DNA of 64,000 nucleotides from an uncultured Thermoplasmatales archaeon (GTDB lineage Archaea; Thermoplasmatota; E2; DHVEG-1): NCBI GenBank assembly GCA_964481275.1, contig CAYZTD010000001.1, positions 50,989 to 114,988 of the forward strand, read 5' to 3'. Shown piece by piece: positions 46,384 to 56,928 of this stretch (position 1 is its first letter; each line of letters starts with the position of its first letter). The notes under the pieces were generated by a model. It saw only the letters and a program-made list of their open reading frames with translations, ran no database searches and was not told where the DNA came from. The position numbers and the translations under genes were made by a program.

Positions 46384-48570
46384 ATGAACAGAAAATTAAT
46401 ACCATTTATAATAACACTATTAATGGTTATAGGAAGTTTTGGAGCAATTGGAACAGAAAACACAGATAATGCTAACTATTGTGGATGTAATCCTTCATCT
46501 TCATTTACAACTTCAGATGATGGTGATTATTATCTTGGAATGGATGAATCTTTATTTCAAAATGGAGATGTGGATCCATGCAAGCCCAGATTCAATCCAA
46601 ATGATGTTAGTAGTTTTGACTGGAGGGATGCTGATAAAAATCCTGAAGGTAGAAATTGTGTGACCCCTGTTAGAAACCAAGGACAATGTGGTAGTTGTTG
46701 GGCTTTTGCAACAGTAGCTCCTGTTGAAAGTAAAATAATGATTCAACATAAAACTAATTTTGATATTTCTGAGAGATGGCTTGTTAGTAATTGCTGTGAT
46801 GCTGGTGATTGTAATGGTGGTTGGTGGGCATTTGATTGGTATAAAAAAGATAAAACTAATTGCGGTGATTTTGGAACTGTTTCAGAGAGTGATTTACCAT
46901 ATAGTGAAAGCTATGGTCATGGTGAAGCGTGTAATTGCGATCTTTCTTTTCATTATTCAATTGATAACTGGGCTTATGTAGAGAAAAAAAGTGGTGTAGC
47001 TTCAACAAAGAACATTAAACAGGCTATCATGGATCATGGTCCTGTTGCAGTTGCTGTATATGTAGATTCGGATTTTCAGGCATATAAGAGTGGAGTTTTC
47101 AAAGAGACATATTCTGGAGGTAGTATTAATCATGGTGTCACTCTTGTCGGCTGGGATGATAATAAAGGTAATGGCTGTTGGATTCTAAAAAATAGTTGGG
47201 GTACTGGTTGGGGTGAAAATGGTTATATGTATATCGAGTATGGTGCAAATAATATTGGATATGCTTCAGCATATGTTGGAAATGTAATACCAAAAACACC
47301 TCCTGAATCTGGTAAACCAAGAATTACTATAGATATAGATAAAGTTGGATGTATTGATGATATAGATGTTGGAATATGGCCTGCAACTATAGAACCTGAA
47401 TGGTATTATATTCTTACGGTTACCGAGAGTAATGGTAATACCCATACTGTTAGAAGAGAAAATAAAGATAGTTCTTATGACTGGATATCAGAAAATGAAT
47501 GGGTTCTTTCATCTGATTTAGATGCAAACAATAATAAGAAGCACAGATATGTTTTTGATGTTGATAGTGAAACAGTTGATATATCTGTTAAACTTATGGA
47601 TGCTGATGAATTGAACGAACTTTTCTGTGATGATGTTGCAGATATAAGCGATGCACCTGATCCATATTATAAAAATGGAGATTATGATAATATTATCCTT
47701 CCTGGTAAAAGAGATGTAGAAGATTATACTGCTTATAAAGTTACATATAATATACGTACACAAAGCTCACTTTCACCAAAAAGTTATGGAACTGACGACG
47801 GTAGTCACAATGTTGATGAAAATGATGCATATATTTATTTTAATGAAATAAGTGACAATTATGAATCACCGTCGGTAGAAATAGATAGTAACCCTACAAA
47901 AGCAGTAAAAAATGTCGAGAGAACTTTTAAGGGTAAATTACTATCTGGAAGTCATGGTCCTTTTGAATATCAATGGGATTTTAGTTATGATGAAAACGAA
48001 GGGTTCAATGTAGATGCTACAGGTGAAAGTATTGATAAAAAATGGTCATCAACTGGTACATATACTGTTGCTCTAAGAATAAAGGACGATCTAGGTTGGT
48101 ATTCAGATATTAGCACTGCAGATATTAAAGTCGAGGAAAATCAAAAACCTAGTGCACCAAGTGTGTCAGGACCATCTAGCGGTAAAGTAGAACCTGGTTC
48201 TCATGATTTTACTTTTAAAAGTACAGATCCTAATGGAGAAGGTGATAAAGTTTATTACAGATATAAATTACTTATTGAGAAAAAAATAGGCGATGATGAA
48301 ACTGTAAGAACAAGTGATTGGGCTGGTCCTTATAAGCCAGGTGCTGAACAAACTTTTAGCATTAATTTAGCTGAAAAAAATACTGATTATATAGTTAGAG
48401 CTCAGTCTAAGGATCTTAGTGGCGCGGAAAGTGATTGGAGCAGTGATTACAGGCAACCTACTCCTAAATTAAAAGATAAAAATATTTTTATAGAACCACT
48501 TATTAGGCAGTTGTTAAAACTCTTTGTTAGCGGTTATTCAATATTTGAATCTCTACTGACAATTCTTTAA
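46384..48570 (+). CDS. Secreted papain-like (C1A) cysteine peptidase, close paralog of 41142..43433
   Basis: QGQCGSCWAFATVAP, NHGVTLVGWDDN, NSWGTGWGENGYMYI. The track's 46354 start is an in-frame ATG inside the conserved upstream cassette; 46384 follows the 'aatgatgtgataaaa' leader. Confidence 0.8.
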   Translation: MNRKLIPFIITLLMVIGSFGAIGTENTDNANYCGCNPSSSFTTSDDGDYYLGMDESLFQNGDVDPCKPRFNPNDVSSFDWRDADKNPEGRNCVTPVRNQGQCGSCWAFATVAPVESKIMIQHKTNFDISERWLVSNCCDAGDCNGGWWAFDWYKKDKTNCGDFGTVSESDLPYSESYGHGEACNCDLSFHYSIDNWAYVEKKSGVASTKNIKQAIMDHGPVAVAVYVDSDFQAYKSGVFKETYSGGSINHGVTLVGWDDNKGNGCWILKNSWGTGWGENGYMYIEYGANNIGYASAYVGNVIPKTPPESGKPRITIDIDKVGCIDDIDVGIWPATIEPEWYYILTVTESNGNTHTVRRENKDSSYDWISENEWVLSSDLDANNNKKHRYVFDVDSETVDISVKLMDADELNELFCDDVADISDAPDPYYKNGDYDNIILPGKRDVEDYTAYKVTYNIRTQSSLSPKSYGTDDGSHNVDENDAYIYFNEISDNYESPSVEIDSNPTKAVKNVERTFKGKLLSGSHGPFEYQWDFSYDENEGFNVDATGESIDKKWSSTGTYTVALRIKDDLGWYSDISTADIKVEENQKPSAPSVSGPSSGKVEPGSHDFTFKSTDPNGEGDKVYYRYKLLIEKKIGDDETVRTSDWAGPYKPGAEQTFSINLAEKNTDYIVRAQSKDLSGAESDWSSDYRQPTPKLKDKNIFIEPLIRQLLKLFVSGYSIFESLLTIL

Positions 48571-48675
48571 AATTTATTTTTCTATTTCTTCTTTTTATAT
48601 TCTTCTATTAATATCTAAAAATTTTTTAATAATTTTATTATATTGTATTTTTATGAAAAATACTATGGGAAAATA

Positions 48676-48754
48676 GATATATTTATAGAAATATTTATAT
48701 ATTATTAGTTACTATATATATTGTACGCAAAAAATATAACTGATGTGATGAAAT
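48676..48754 (+). promoter_or_regulatory. Conserved promoter/5'-leader cassette, copy 4 (more diverged)
   Basis: agatatatttatagaaatatttatatattattagttactatatata...ctgatgtgatgaaat-ATG. Confidence 0.5.
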
Positions 48755-51226
48755 ATGAATGAAAAGTTAATTTCAACAATAATTGTATTGTTGATGGTTG
48801 TAGTTAGTTTAGGTGCAGTTGTATCAATAGTTGACAAAGTAGAATCACGTGAAGATTTTGATTATGTATCTGGTGAATTAATTGTTGGTTTTGAAGACTC
48901 TATTGAATTAAAAGTCGGAGATAAAGATCCTGTTTTAGGTTTTAAGATTACTAAAACAATTCCTTCACTAAACTGTGCAGTAGTAGAAATTCCCAAAAAT
49001 AAGGAAGACTATTATATAAAAACATATGAGAGAGATAATAGAGTTGTATATGCTGAAAAAAATGGTATTATGCAAAAACTAGAATTTCCAAACGATCCAC
49101 ATTGGAACAAACAATATGGTCCAAGAAACATTAAATGTCCTGAAGCTTGGAGTTTTATGAGTTGGAATTTAGACCCAATTATTGCTATTGTAGATACAGG
49201 TGTTGATTATGATCATGAAGATTTAGCACCAAATTATTACATGGGTTATGATTTTGTAGATAATGATGATGATCCTATGGATGAAAACAGTCATAGTCAT
49301 GGCACACACTGCGCAGGTATTGCTGCAGCTGCAACGAATAATAACAAAGGTATAGCTGGTGTTACAGGTGATAATAGTCCAAAGATTATGGCAGTTAGAG
49401 TTTTAGGAAAAGATGGTGGAACATTTGCTGATGTTGCAGCTGGAATAGATTATGCTTCTGATAATGGGGCTCATGTAATAAGTATGAGTCTTGGATGTTA
49501 TTATGATTCTACAACTATTAAAAATGCATGTAACAGAGCATGGGAGGCAGGTTCAGTATTAGTAGCTGCTTGTGGAAATGACGGTAAAAATGCTGAAGGT
49601 CATTATCCTTCAGATTATAATAGTGTGATTGCAGTTGCTGCTATTGATTCAAATAACAAAAAAGCTTCTTTTTCTAATCATGGAACTTCTGTTGAATTAT
49701 GTGCCCCTGGAGAAAGAATCTATAGTTGTAGCCAAAATAATGGATACAGATATCTCTCTGGTACTTCGATGGCAGCCCCGCATGTTTCAGGTGTTGCGGC
49801 ACTTGCGTTTGCTAGAGGTGATATAACTGATGATAATGGAAACGGGCGCATCAACGATGAAGTAAGAGATAAATTATTTGAAACTGCTGATGCAATAGAA
49901 GGCACAGGTAACTATTGGAAACACGGACGAGTAGATGCTACTCTTGGTGGTGCTCCTCCAATTGAAACACCTAGTGTTACAGTTACAATAGATAGTGTTA
50001 CAAATGATGGCGAAGGTCTTGATGACTTGGATATTCCTGGTGCAGAGCCTCCTGAATGGTCATATGAGGTTAGGGTGATAGGACTTGAGGGAACACAAAA
50101 AGTCAAAAACTTTCGATTTAAGGAAATAAGTTATAATGATAATAACGCAGCAACAACAGAAGGTGAAGATTTATCTGGTAAATTCTGGTCAGAAAAAATT
50201 GATGAGGAAGTTAGTGGATCGGGTTCAAAAGCATGGTATTTTGGAGATAGTTATATATTTCCTGTAAATGAAAATAGTGTAAAAATTGAGATAAAGGTCA
50301 TGGATGAGGATTGGACCGAGTATACTAGGGATATCGCAGACATATGCGCTCGTCCTAATGCTGACGGTGATTCTTCACCTCAGAAAGAAGGCGGAAGAGT
50401 TTTTGTAATGGAATATGATTTCACTGAACATAAAATTATAGACGAAAATAGCGATAGATATGAAATAGATAGTAATGGACTTTACTATACAAGAGGAGAC
50501 TGGGATGGCAGTACTGATCCTGAAAACTGGCCTTTTAGTGATTACAAACAGGATGACGCTCTTCTAAGGTTTAAGATAAGTGATAATTACCTTCCGCCAG
50601 ATCCTTCATTTAGTGTATCCGGAAAAAAAATTACTGGGCATTCCCTAACTTTTATGGGAGAATCGGAGCAAGGATTTAACCCATTAACCTATGATTGGGA
50701 TTTTGGTAATGGTGATACAAGTAGCGGGCAGAGTATAAATTATGATTATGATGCTGAAGGTTCCTATGCTGTTAAATTAACAGTTACTGATAGATTTGGT
50801 ATAAGTGAGACTTTTGAAGATACTATTACAATAAATAAAAATTCTGCTCCAGATAAGCCTAAAAGACCATCTGGTGAAACAGATGGTAAAGTTGGAAACT
50901 CATATTCTTATACTACGTCTACCAATGAAAAGGATGGAGATCAAGTTTGGTATAAATGGAGTTGGGGAGATGGTGAACAAAGTAACTGGCTTGGTCCGTA
51001 TGGCCCCGGCGAAACTTGTTCAGCATCGTATACTTGGGGTGAAAGAGCTAGAAATCTTGAAGTCAAAGTAAAAGCAAAGGATGCATATGGTGGAGAAAGT
51101 TCATGGTCAGATCCATTAAGTGTAACAATGCCAAAGAGCAAATCAGAAACAAACTCATTTATTTCACAACTCTTGTCTCGTTTGCCATTCCTGGAATCTC
51201 TTCTTTCTTTTTTATATACCTCTTAA
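48755..51226 (+). CDS. Secreted subtilisin-like serine peptidase (S8) with I9 propeptide, PKD-like domain and tail
   Basis: Catalytic triad motifs IAIVDTGVD, HGTHCAGIAAA, GTSMAAPHVSGVAALA. Promoter cassette 48676-48754. Confidence 0.9.
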   Translation: MNEKLISTIIVLLMVVVSLGAVVSIVDKVESREDFDYVSGELIVGFEDSIELKVGDKDPVLGFKITKTIPSLNCAVVEIPKNKEDYYIKTYERDNRVVYAEKNGIMQKLEFPNDPHWNKQYGPRNIKCPEAWSFMSWNLDPIIAIVDTGVDYDHEDLAPNYYMGYDFVDNDDDPMDENSHSHGTHCAGIAAAATNNNKGIAGVTGDNSPKIMAVRVLGKDGGTFADVAAGIDYASDNGAHVISMSLGCYYDSTTIKNACNRAWEAGSVLVAACGNDGKNAEGHYPSDYNSVIAVAAIDSNNKKASFSNHGTSVELCAPGERIYSCSQNNGYRYLSGTSMAAPHVSGVAALAFARGDITDDNGNGRINDEVRDKLFETADAIEGTGNYWKHGRVDATLGGAPPIETPSVTVTIDSVTNDGEGLDDLDIPGAEPPEWSYEVRVIGLEGTQKVKNFRFKEISYNDNNAATTEGEDLSGKFWSEKIDEEVSGSGSKAWYFGDSYIFPVNENSVKIEIKVMDEDWTEYTRDIADICARPNADGDSSPQKEGGRVFVMEYDFTEHKIIDENSDRYEIDSNGLYYTRGDWDGSTDPENWPFSDYKQDDALLRFKISDNYLPPDPSFSVSGKKITGHSLTFMGESEQGFNPLTYDWDFGNGDTSSGQSINYDYDAEGSYAVKLTVTDRFGISETFEDTITINKNSAPDKPKRPSGETDGKVGNSYSYTTSTNEKDGDQVWYKWSWGDGEQSNWLGPYGPGETCSASYTWGERARNLEVKVKAKDAYGGESSWSDPLSVTMPKSKSETNSFISQLLSRLPFLESLLSFLYTS

Positions 51227-51244
51227 TAATAAAGATTTGATATA

Positions 51245-53368
51245 ATGGGTTTCAAAAAATCATCTATAGGTAAATTATTACAGAATAAAATACCAGTTTT
51301 AATTATATTATTTTTACTAATCTTTGGAGGTATTGGAACATCTGCAATTCAACTCAAATCAAATAGTGATAGCAAAATAAATAGTACTAATTCTGCTGAT
51401 AAATACTTGTTGTCAAATAGTGGATCTGGTGGTACAAAACGAGCTTTACTTGTTGGAGTTTCTGATTACCCGGGTTATAGCAATGATCTTCGTTACTGTG
51501 ATGATGATGCTGAAGATATGGATGAATTGCTGAGGCGGAATAGATGGAAAAATGAGGATATAACGTTATTAACTGATAGTGATGCAACAAAAAATGCAAT
51601 TATGAATGGGCTTACAAATTTAGCATCTGAAGAAGATGAATCAGATACAACTCTTTTTATGTTCAGTGGTCATGGCACCAGAGGTCTTTTTAGAGAAGCA
51701 ATCTGTCCTTATGATAATTATATTTATGATGACGAACTAAGAGATAAAATAAATGAATTTGATGGAAAAGTTATTATTATTATAGATACCTGTTATAGTG
51801 GTGGAATGGATGCACAAGGAAATCTTAGTGCAGAATTAAATGAATCAGAGATGTCAGAATTCATCTATAACTTTGCATACAATCTATCAAACACTATATT
51901 GGACAATAAAGATAATAGAATAATATTAACGGCGTGTTCAAAAAACCAAGGATCTTATGAAATAGGAAGCCTTGGCCATGGTCTATTTTCTTATTACGTA
52001 CTTGATGGTTTAGGATGGAATGGTGATTCTTATCCTGCTGATGAATATGGAAATAAAGATGGTATTGTTACAGCAAAAGAAACTTTTAACTATGCAAGAC
52101 CTAAAGTGATAGAGTATGCTAAAAATCATAATCTTAATAAACAAACTCCCCAACTATTTAAATATGATAAAAATAAAGTTTTTGAAATCATTGGAAACTC
52201 AGATAATGATGATCCTTTAGATCCAAATGAGATATTTTTAGATATAACCATGCACAGAATAAAAATGCTTGATGGAACAAGAGCAGATATCGATGGAGGA
52301 GCTGATTTTTCTTATAAAATAACTGTTTTTAATGGAAAAGAAGAGGTTTCTGATACGGTTGATTATTCAAATAATCTTTTTCCACCTGAAAATGATCATA
52401 TCGAAGATGTAACAAGTCAATTTAAAATATTTACAGACAAAACAATCAAACCTGAAATAAAAATAAAAGTATGGGATAAAGATCCAGTTATACCATATAT
52501 AAATGGAGGAGATGACCTTTTGGATGTAAGTAAAAAACCAGGTGATGGAGTAAAAGATTATACATATGATCACATCGGTTGTATTTACTCAAAAGAATAT
52601 GATCTTGATAAGGATTTATGTACTGGGGATGAATGGATAACTTCATCAGGTGGAGAAGATGGAAGTATTGGTGATTTTGATGCAAAAATATGGTTTAAAG
52701 TTGAAGCTCCTGTTATTTCAAACCCTGGTGGTCCATATTCTGGTATAACCGATAAAGAAGTTGAACTTAATGGTGCAGAAGTAAGATACAGCGGTTGCGG
52801 TCCTTACAACTATTTATGGGATTTAAATAATGATGGTGAGTTTGAAGAATCAGGTAAATCTATATCAAAAGTGTGGGATAAAGATGGAGAATATCTAATT
52901 GCCTTTAAAGTTGAGGATAGTAAAGGTGATTCAGATGTATCTTATACTACTGTAACTATTTATGAAAATAAGGATACTCCAGTTCCAAGTATAATTAGTG
53001 CGCCGGATGGGAGAAAGGGAACATCTTACAGTTTTAAATTTAAAGCAACAGATGAAGATGCTGCTAATGGAGATATGGTACAATTCTTAATTGATTGGGA
53101 TAGAAATGATGAAAATGAACCAAGTAATTCTGATTGGACTGGTTTTTATAATCCTGGTGAAACTGTAACTATTAATCATACATATGATTCTAGAGGAAAA
53201 TATCTTTTTGGAGTTAAAGCAAGAGATCTTGCTGGGCATGAAAGTAATTGGGTAACAGAAGAAGTAAGTATGCCAAAGACAAAACAAATAGTTAAGACAG
53301 ATCTAACAGATTTTTTAATGCAAAAATATCCTCTTTTGTATTATATTTTAAATATCTTGAAGAAATAA
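51245..53368 (+). CDS. Caspase-like (C14, orthocaspase) cysteine peptidase with PKD-like C-terminal domain and tail
   Basis: Caspase His/Cys dyad context LFMFSGHGTRG...VIIIIDTCYSGG. Signal anchor. Tail PKTKQIVKTDLTDFLMQKYPLLYYILNILKK. Confidence 0.75.
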   Translation: MGFKKSSIGKLLQNKIPVLIILFLLIFGGIGTSAIQLKSNSDSKINSTNSADKYLLSNSGSGGTKRALLVGVSDYPGYSNDLRYCDDDAEDMDELLRRNRWKNEDITLLTDSDATKNAIMNGLTNLASEEDESDTTLFMFSGHGTRGLFREAICPYDNYIYDDELRDKINEFDGKVIIIIDTCYSGGMDAQGNLSAELNESEMSEFIYNFAYNLSNTILDNKDNRIILTACSKNQGSYEIGSLGHGLFSYYVLDGLGWNGDSYPADEYGNKDGIVTAKETFNYARPKVIEYAKNHNLNKQTPQLFKYDKNKVFEIIGNSDNDDPLDPNEIFLDITMHRIKMLDGTRADIDGGADFSYKITVFNGKEEVSDTVDYSNNLFPPENDHIEDVTSQFKIFTDKTIKPEIKIKVWDKDPVIPYINGGDDLLDVSKKPGDGVKDYTYDHIGCIYSKEYDLDKDLCTGDEWITSSGGEDGSIGDFDAKIWFKVEAPVISNPGGPYSGITDKEVELNGAEVRYSGCGPYNYLWDLNNDGEFEESGKSISKVWDKDGEYLIAFKVEDSKGDSDVSYTTVTIYENKDTPVPSIISAPDGRKGTSYSFKFKATDEDAANGDMVQFLIDWDRNDENEPSNSDWTGFYNPGETVTINHTYDSRGKYLFGVKARDLAGHESNWVTEEVSMPKTKQIVKTDLTDFLMQKYPLLYYILNILKK

Positions 53369-53512
53369 ACTCTTGAAACTATTTTTTATTTTTTCCATTT
53401 TTTGTTTTTGTTAACTGTAATAATTTGAAGCGATTTTTATAATTAGATAACAAATATACAATAAGATTTATATATATTATATAATAAAAATATTACTGGG
53501 TTAAAATAATTT

Positions 53513-56500
53513 ATGATTCAGAAAAGGGCATTCAGTATAAACAGTAATAACAGTAAATTTCTTTGTTTTGCAGTTGTTTTAGTTCTATCTTTATCAACAA
53601 TCTTAGTTAGCTCTGTTCTATCAAAAGAAAATAATTATCTATCAAGCTATTCTTATGTTTATAAAGGAGACGACGCTAATATTCTATTATCTGAAAATAT
53701 CGCTGATAATAGCTATACAATTGATCTAGAGTTTTTAGTATCTGACTATAATTCTGAATCTATTACTTATGATAGCGAATCATATCTATCTCTAAGTTTA
53801 GGTGATAGTTCTACATATATCAATGATGTTGGAAAACCAAATCTTCCCACTATCAGAAAATTAATTGCTATACCATATGGGTCATCCTATTCTATAAAAA
53901 TATTAAATTCAAAATATGAAACTATCAATTTAGATAATAAAAAAATAATCCCATTTCAACAAAAAACATATGATTCTAAGAATATTTTTACTGATAATGA
54001 TTTAATAATAAATAATGAAGCCTATCTTAAAAATGATTTTTATCCTAAAAATATAGTAAATGTTGTAGATAAAGGTATACTAAGAGATTTTGAAATAATT
54101 TTATTACAAATTAATCCATTCAAGTATAATCCTGTAAAAAATGAAATAAAGTTTTCTGATAAAATAAATATACGATTGGAGTTTGATAAGAAACCAATTC
54201 GTATCAAACAATCAAGATTTTTAGAAGATATATATGATGGTATCATTTTAAATTATGATAGTGCAAAAAACTGGCCTGTCTACAAAAATAGTAAATTAAG
54301 TAATCCATATGGATACGATTTTTTAATAATTACAGATGGCGATTTTTATGATTCTCTAGTTTCACTAAAAGATTTTAAAGAACAAAGAGGAATTGAAACA
54401 AAGATTGTTAAAACAAGTGAAACAGGTACAAGTTCTACAGATATAAAGAACTATATTAAAGATGCTTACAATAATGAAGAAATAAGCTATGTATTACTAG
54501 TTGGAGATGTTGAACACATTCCTATAAAAGATACAGGAGATCATTATTATGCTTGTCTTGAAGGTAATGATCCATATCCTGAAATTTCTATAGGACGTTT
54601 CTCTGTAAAAACAAGTGAAGATGTAGATAAAATCGTTGCAAAGACATTAGATTATGAAGGCTTTTCTTCAAATTATGGTTATGAAAAAAATATTTTATTT
54701 ACTGAAGGATCAGAGCAACATGCTCTACCAGTTAAAAACTATATTGCTGAAAATGTGGTACCTTCAGAAATGAATCTAAAAAAGGTTTATCCCTCACAGG
54801 GCGGTACAAAGCAACAGATAATAAATTATATGAACGAGGGGCAATTAATCGTAAATTACTTAGGACATGGTTCGCCAACAGAATAGTGTGGCCCCAAACT
54901 TTATGCAAGTGATTTAACAGGTTTAAATAATGCCGGTAAATTACCAATTATTTTTAGTATGTCTTGTTCTAATGGTAGAATTGATAGCGAGTGTATGGCA
55001 GAGGAATCTCATCGAGATGAATCAAGCTGTGTTGTATATTTTGCTTCCACAAGATCCTGTCTGATAAAAGAAACTAATGAATTTGATAAGGATCTATTTA
55101 GAGCAATCTATGATCATGAGATTACTGTAATAGGAGATGTTATCTTTCATGCTAAATCTAATCTTTTAGGTGAATATCCTAATAATAACGAGGTCCAAAT
55201 GTATGTTTTATTAGGTGATCCTACTCTTGAAATTAAGGGTCCTGGCCCCAGGTTATCTTTTAATCCATCATCTCATGATTTTGGTGATAAATATAAAAAA
55301 GAATCTGATTCTACTAGTTTTGAGATTTGTAACTCGGGAGAAGAAACCTTAACCTATACTCTATCTAGTGATTGTGAATGGTTGAGTATTTCTAAAGTAG
55401 AAGATAGTTTGGAAAAAAACGATTGTGATACCATTGATGTTGATATTGATACTACAGGTCTTGATTACGGCGATTATACCTGTGGTATTAACATTAAATC
55501 CAATGATAAAAACGGTGTTTTTGAGGTATCTGTAAATGTCGTGAGTCACCCACCTGATGAGCCATCTGGTCCTGTTCCCGAGGATGGTGCTAGTGGTGTG
55601 GATGTTAATTGTGTTTTAAGTGTTGATGTTAGAGATTCAGATGATGATTCTTTGAGTGTTAGTTTTTTTGATGCAGGTGATGATAGTTTAATTGATGTTG
55701 TTAATGGTGTTGAAAGTGGTGATACGGCTTCTGTTGAGTGGGATGGTCTTGAGTATAATTCCGAGTATAGTTGGTATGCAATAGCTGATGATGGTGTTTT
55801 TGAGACACAATCAGAAATATTTAGTTTTACTACTAATAGCCCTCCTGTTTTTTCTGATTTATTACCAGAAGATGACGCTATGGATATTTCATTTGGTATT
55901 GATAATCTAAGTGTAATGATTGTTGATCCAGATGGTGATAGTTTTGATTGGAGTATTTCTTCTAATCCCGATATTGGTAGTATACGTAGTAGTATGGATT
56001 CTGATGGTGTTAAAGTATGCAATGTTACTGGTCTTCAACCAGATACTGAATATAGGTGGACGGTGAGTGCTATTGATAGTAGAGGTGCTTCCAGTGAGTC
56101 TGTTTTTAGCTTTAAAACCAAGGTGAATTCAGCTCCTGAAATACCAGTTGTAGTTTCTCCTATGGATGCTGGTGTAGATGTTGGAATTGCAGATTGTTTT
56201 CTGAATTGGTCTTGTATGGATCCTGATTTTGGTGATGTTTTGACCTACGATGTTTATTTTGGTAAGTCTAGTAATCCTACTCTTGTAGAGAGTGGTGTTA
56301 TGGATAGTTACTATGTTGTTTTTGTTTCTTTTGATTTGGATTTAGATTGTACTTATTATTGGAAGGTAGTTGCTAATGATATTTTTGGTGCTTCTGTTGA
56401 AAGTGATGTGTGGAGTTTTACTACTAGCCCCATCCCGCCGCCTCCTGAAGATGTTAGCATTAGTTTTCCTAGAAGACTTTATTGGTCTGGTGTTAAATTT

Positions 56501-56794
56501 AGTGTTATGAATGAGGGTGTTAGAGCTGCTTCTAATGTTAAATGGCAGGTTTCTGTTAAAGGTGGAGTTTTTGATAGAGTTAATGTATCTAAGATTGGCA
56601 TTGTTGATATTTTGAATTGCAGTGAGAGTGTGGATGTTTCTACTTTTGGTCTTTTTGATTTTAAATCCAGAGTTTTTGGTTTTGGTAAGATTGCTGTAGA
56701 AGTATTAGTAAGTGATGTTAATGGTTTGCCAGTTGGTTTTGATTCTGTTGAGGGTCGTGTTTTTGGTCCTATTGTGTGGCTTATTTTGGATTAA
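53513..56794 (+). pseudogene. C25 (gingipain-like) cysteine peptidase gene interrupted by a single in-frame TAG (54884-54886); downstream part has three FN3-like repeats
   Basis: Track ORFs 53513..54886 and 54959..56794 are in the same frame with one TAG between them. NYLGHGSPTE-TAG-CGPKLY...KLPIIFSMSCSNGRID aligns with gingipain GHGSETAWG...LPFIFDVACVNGDF, so TAG sits at the conserved Trp. Confidence 0.55.
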
Positions 56795-56928
56795 ATAAAA
56801 AAATTATCATTATTTTATCTTGATATAACCGAAGTTTCATGTCAAAATTTTTATTCTTCTCAAATAAGTAACCTAAATATTTTAATAATAACAAAATATC
56901 TTAATATTGAGGTTGGTGAGTAACAAAT

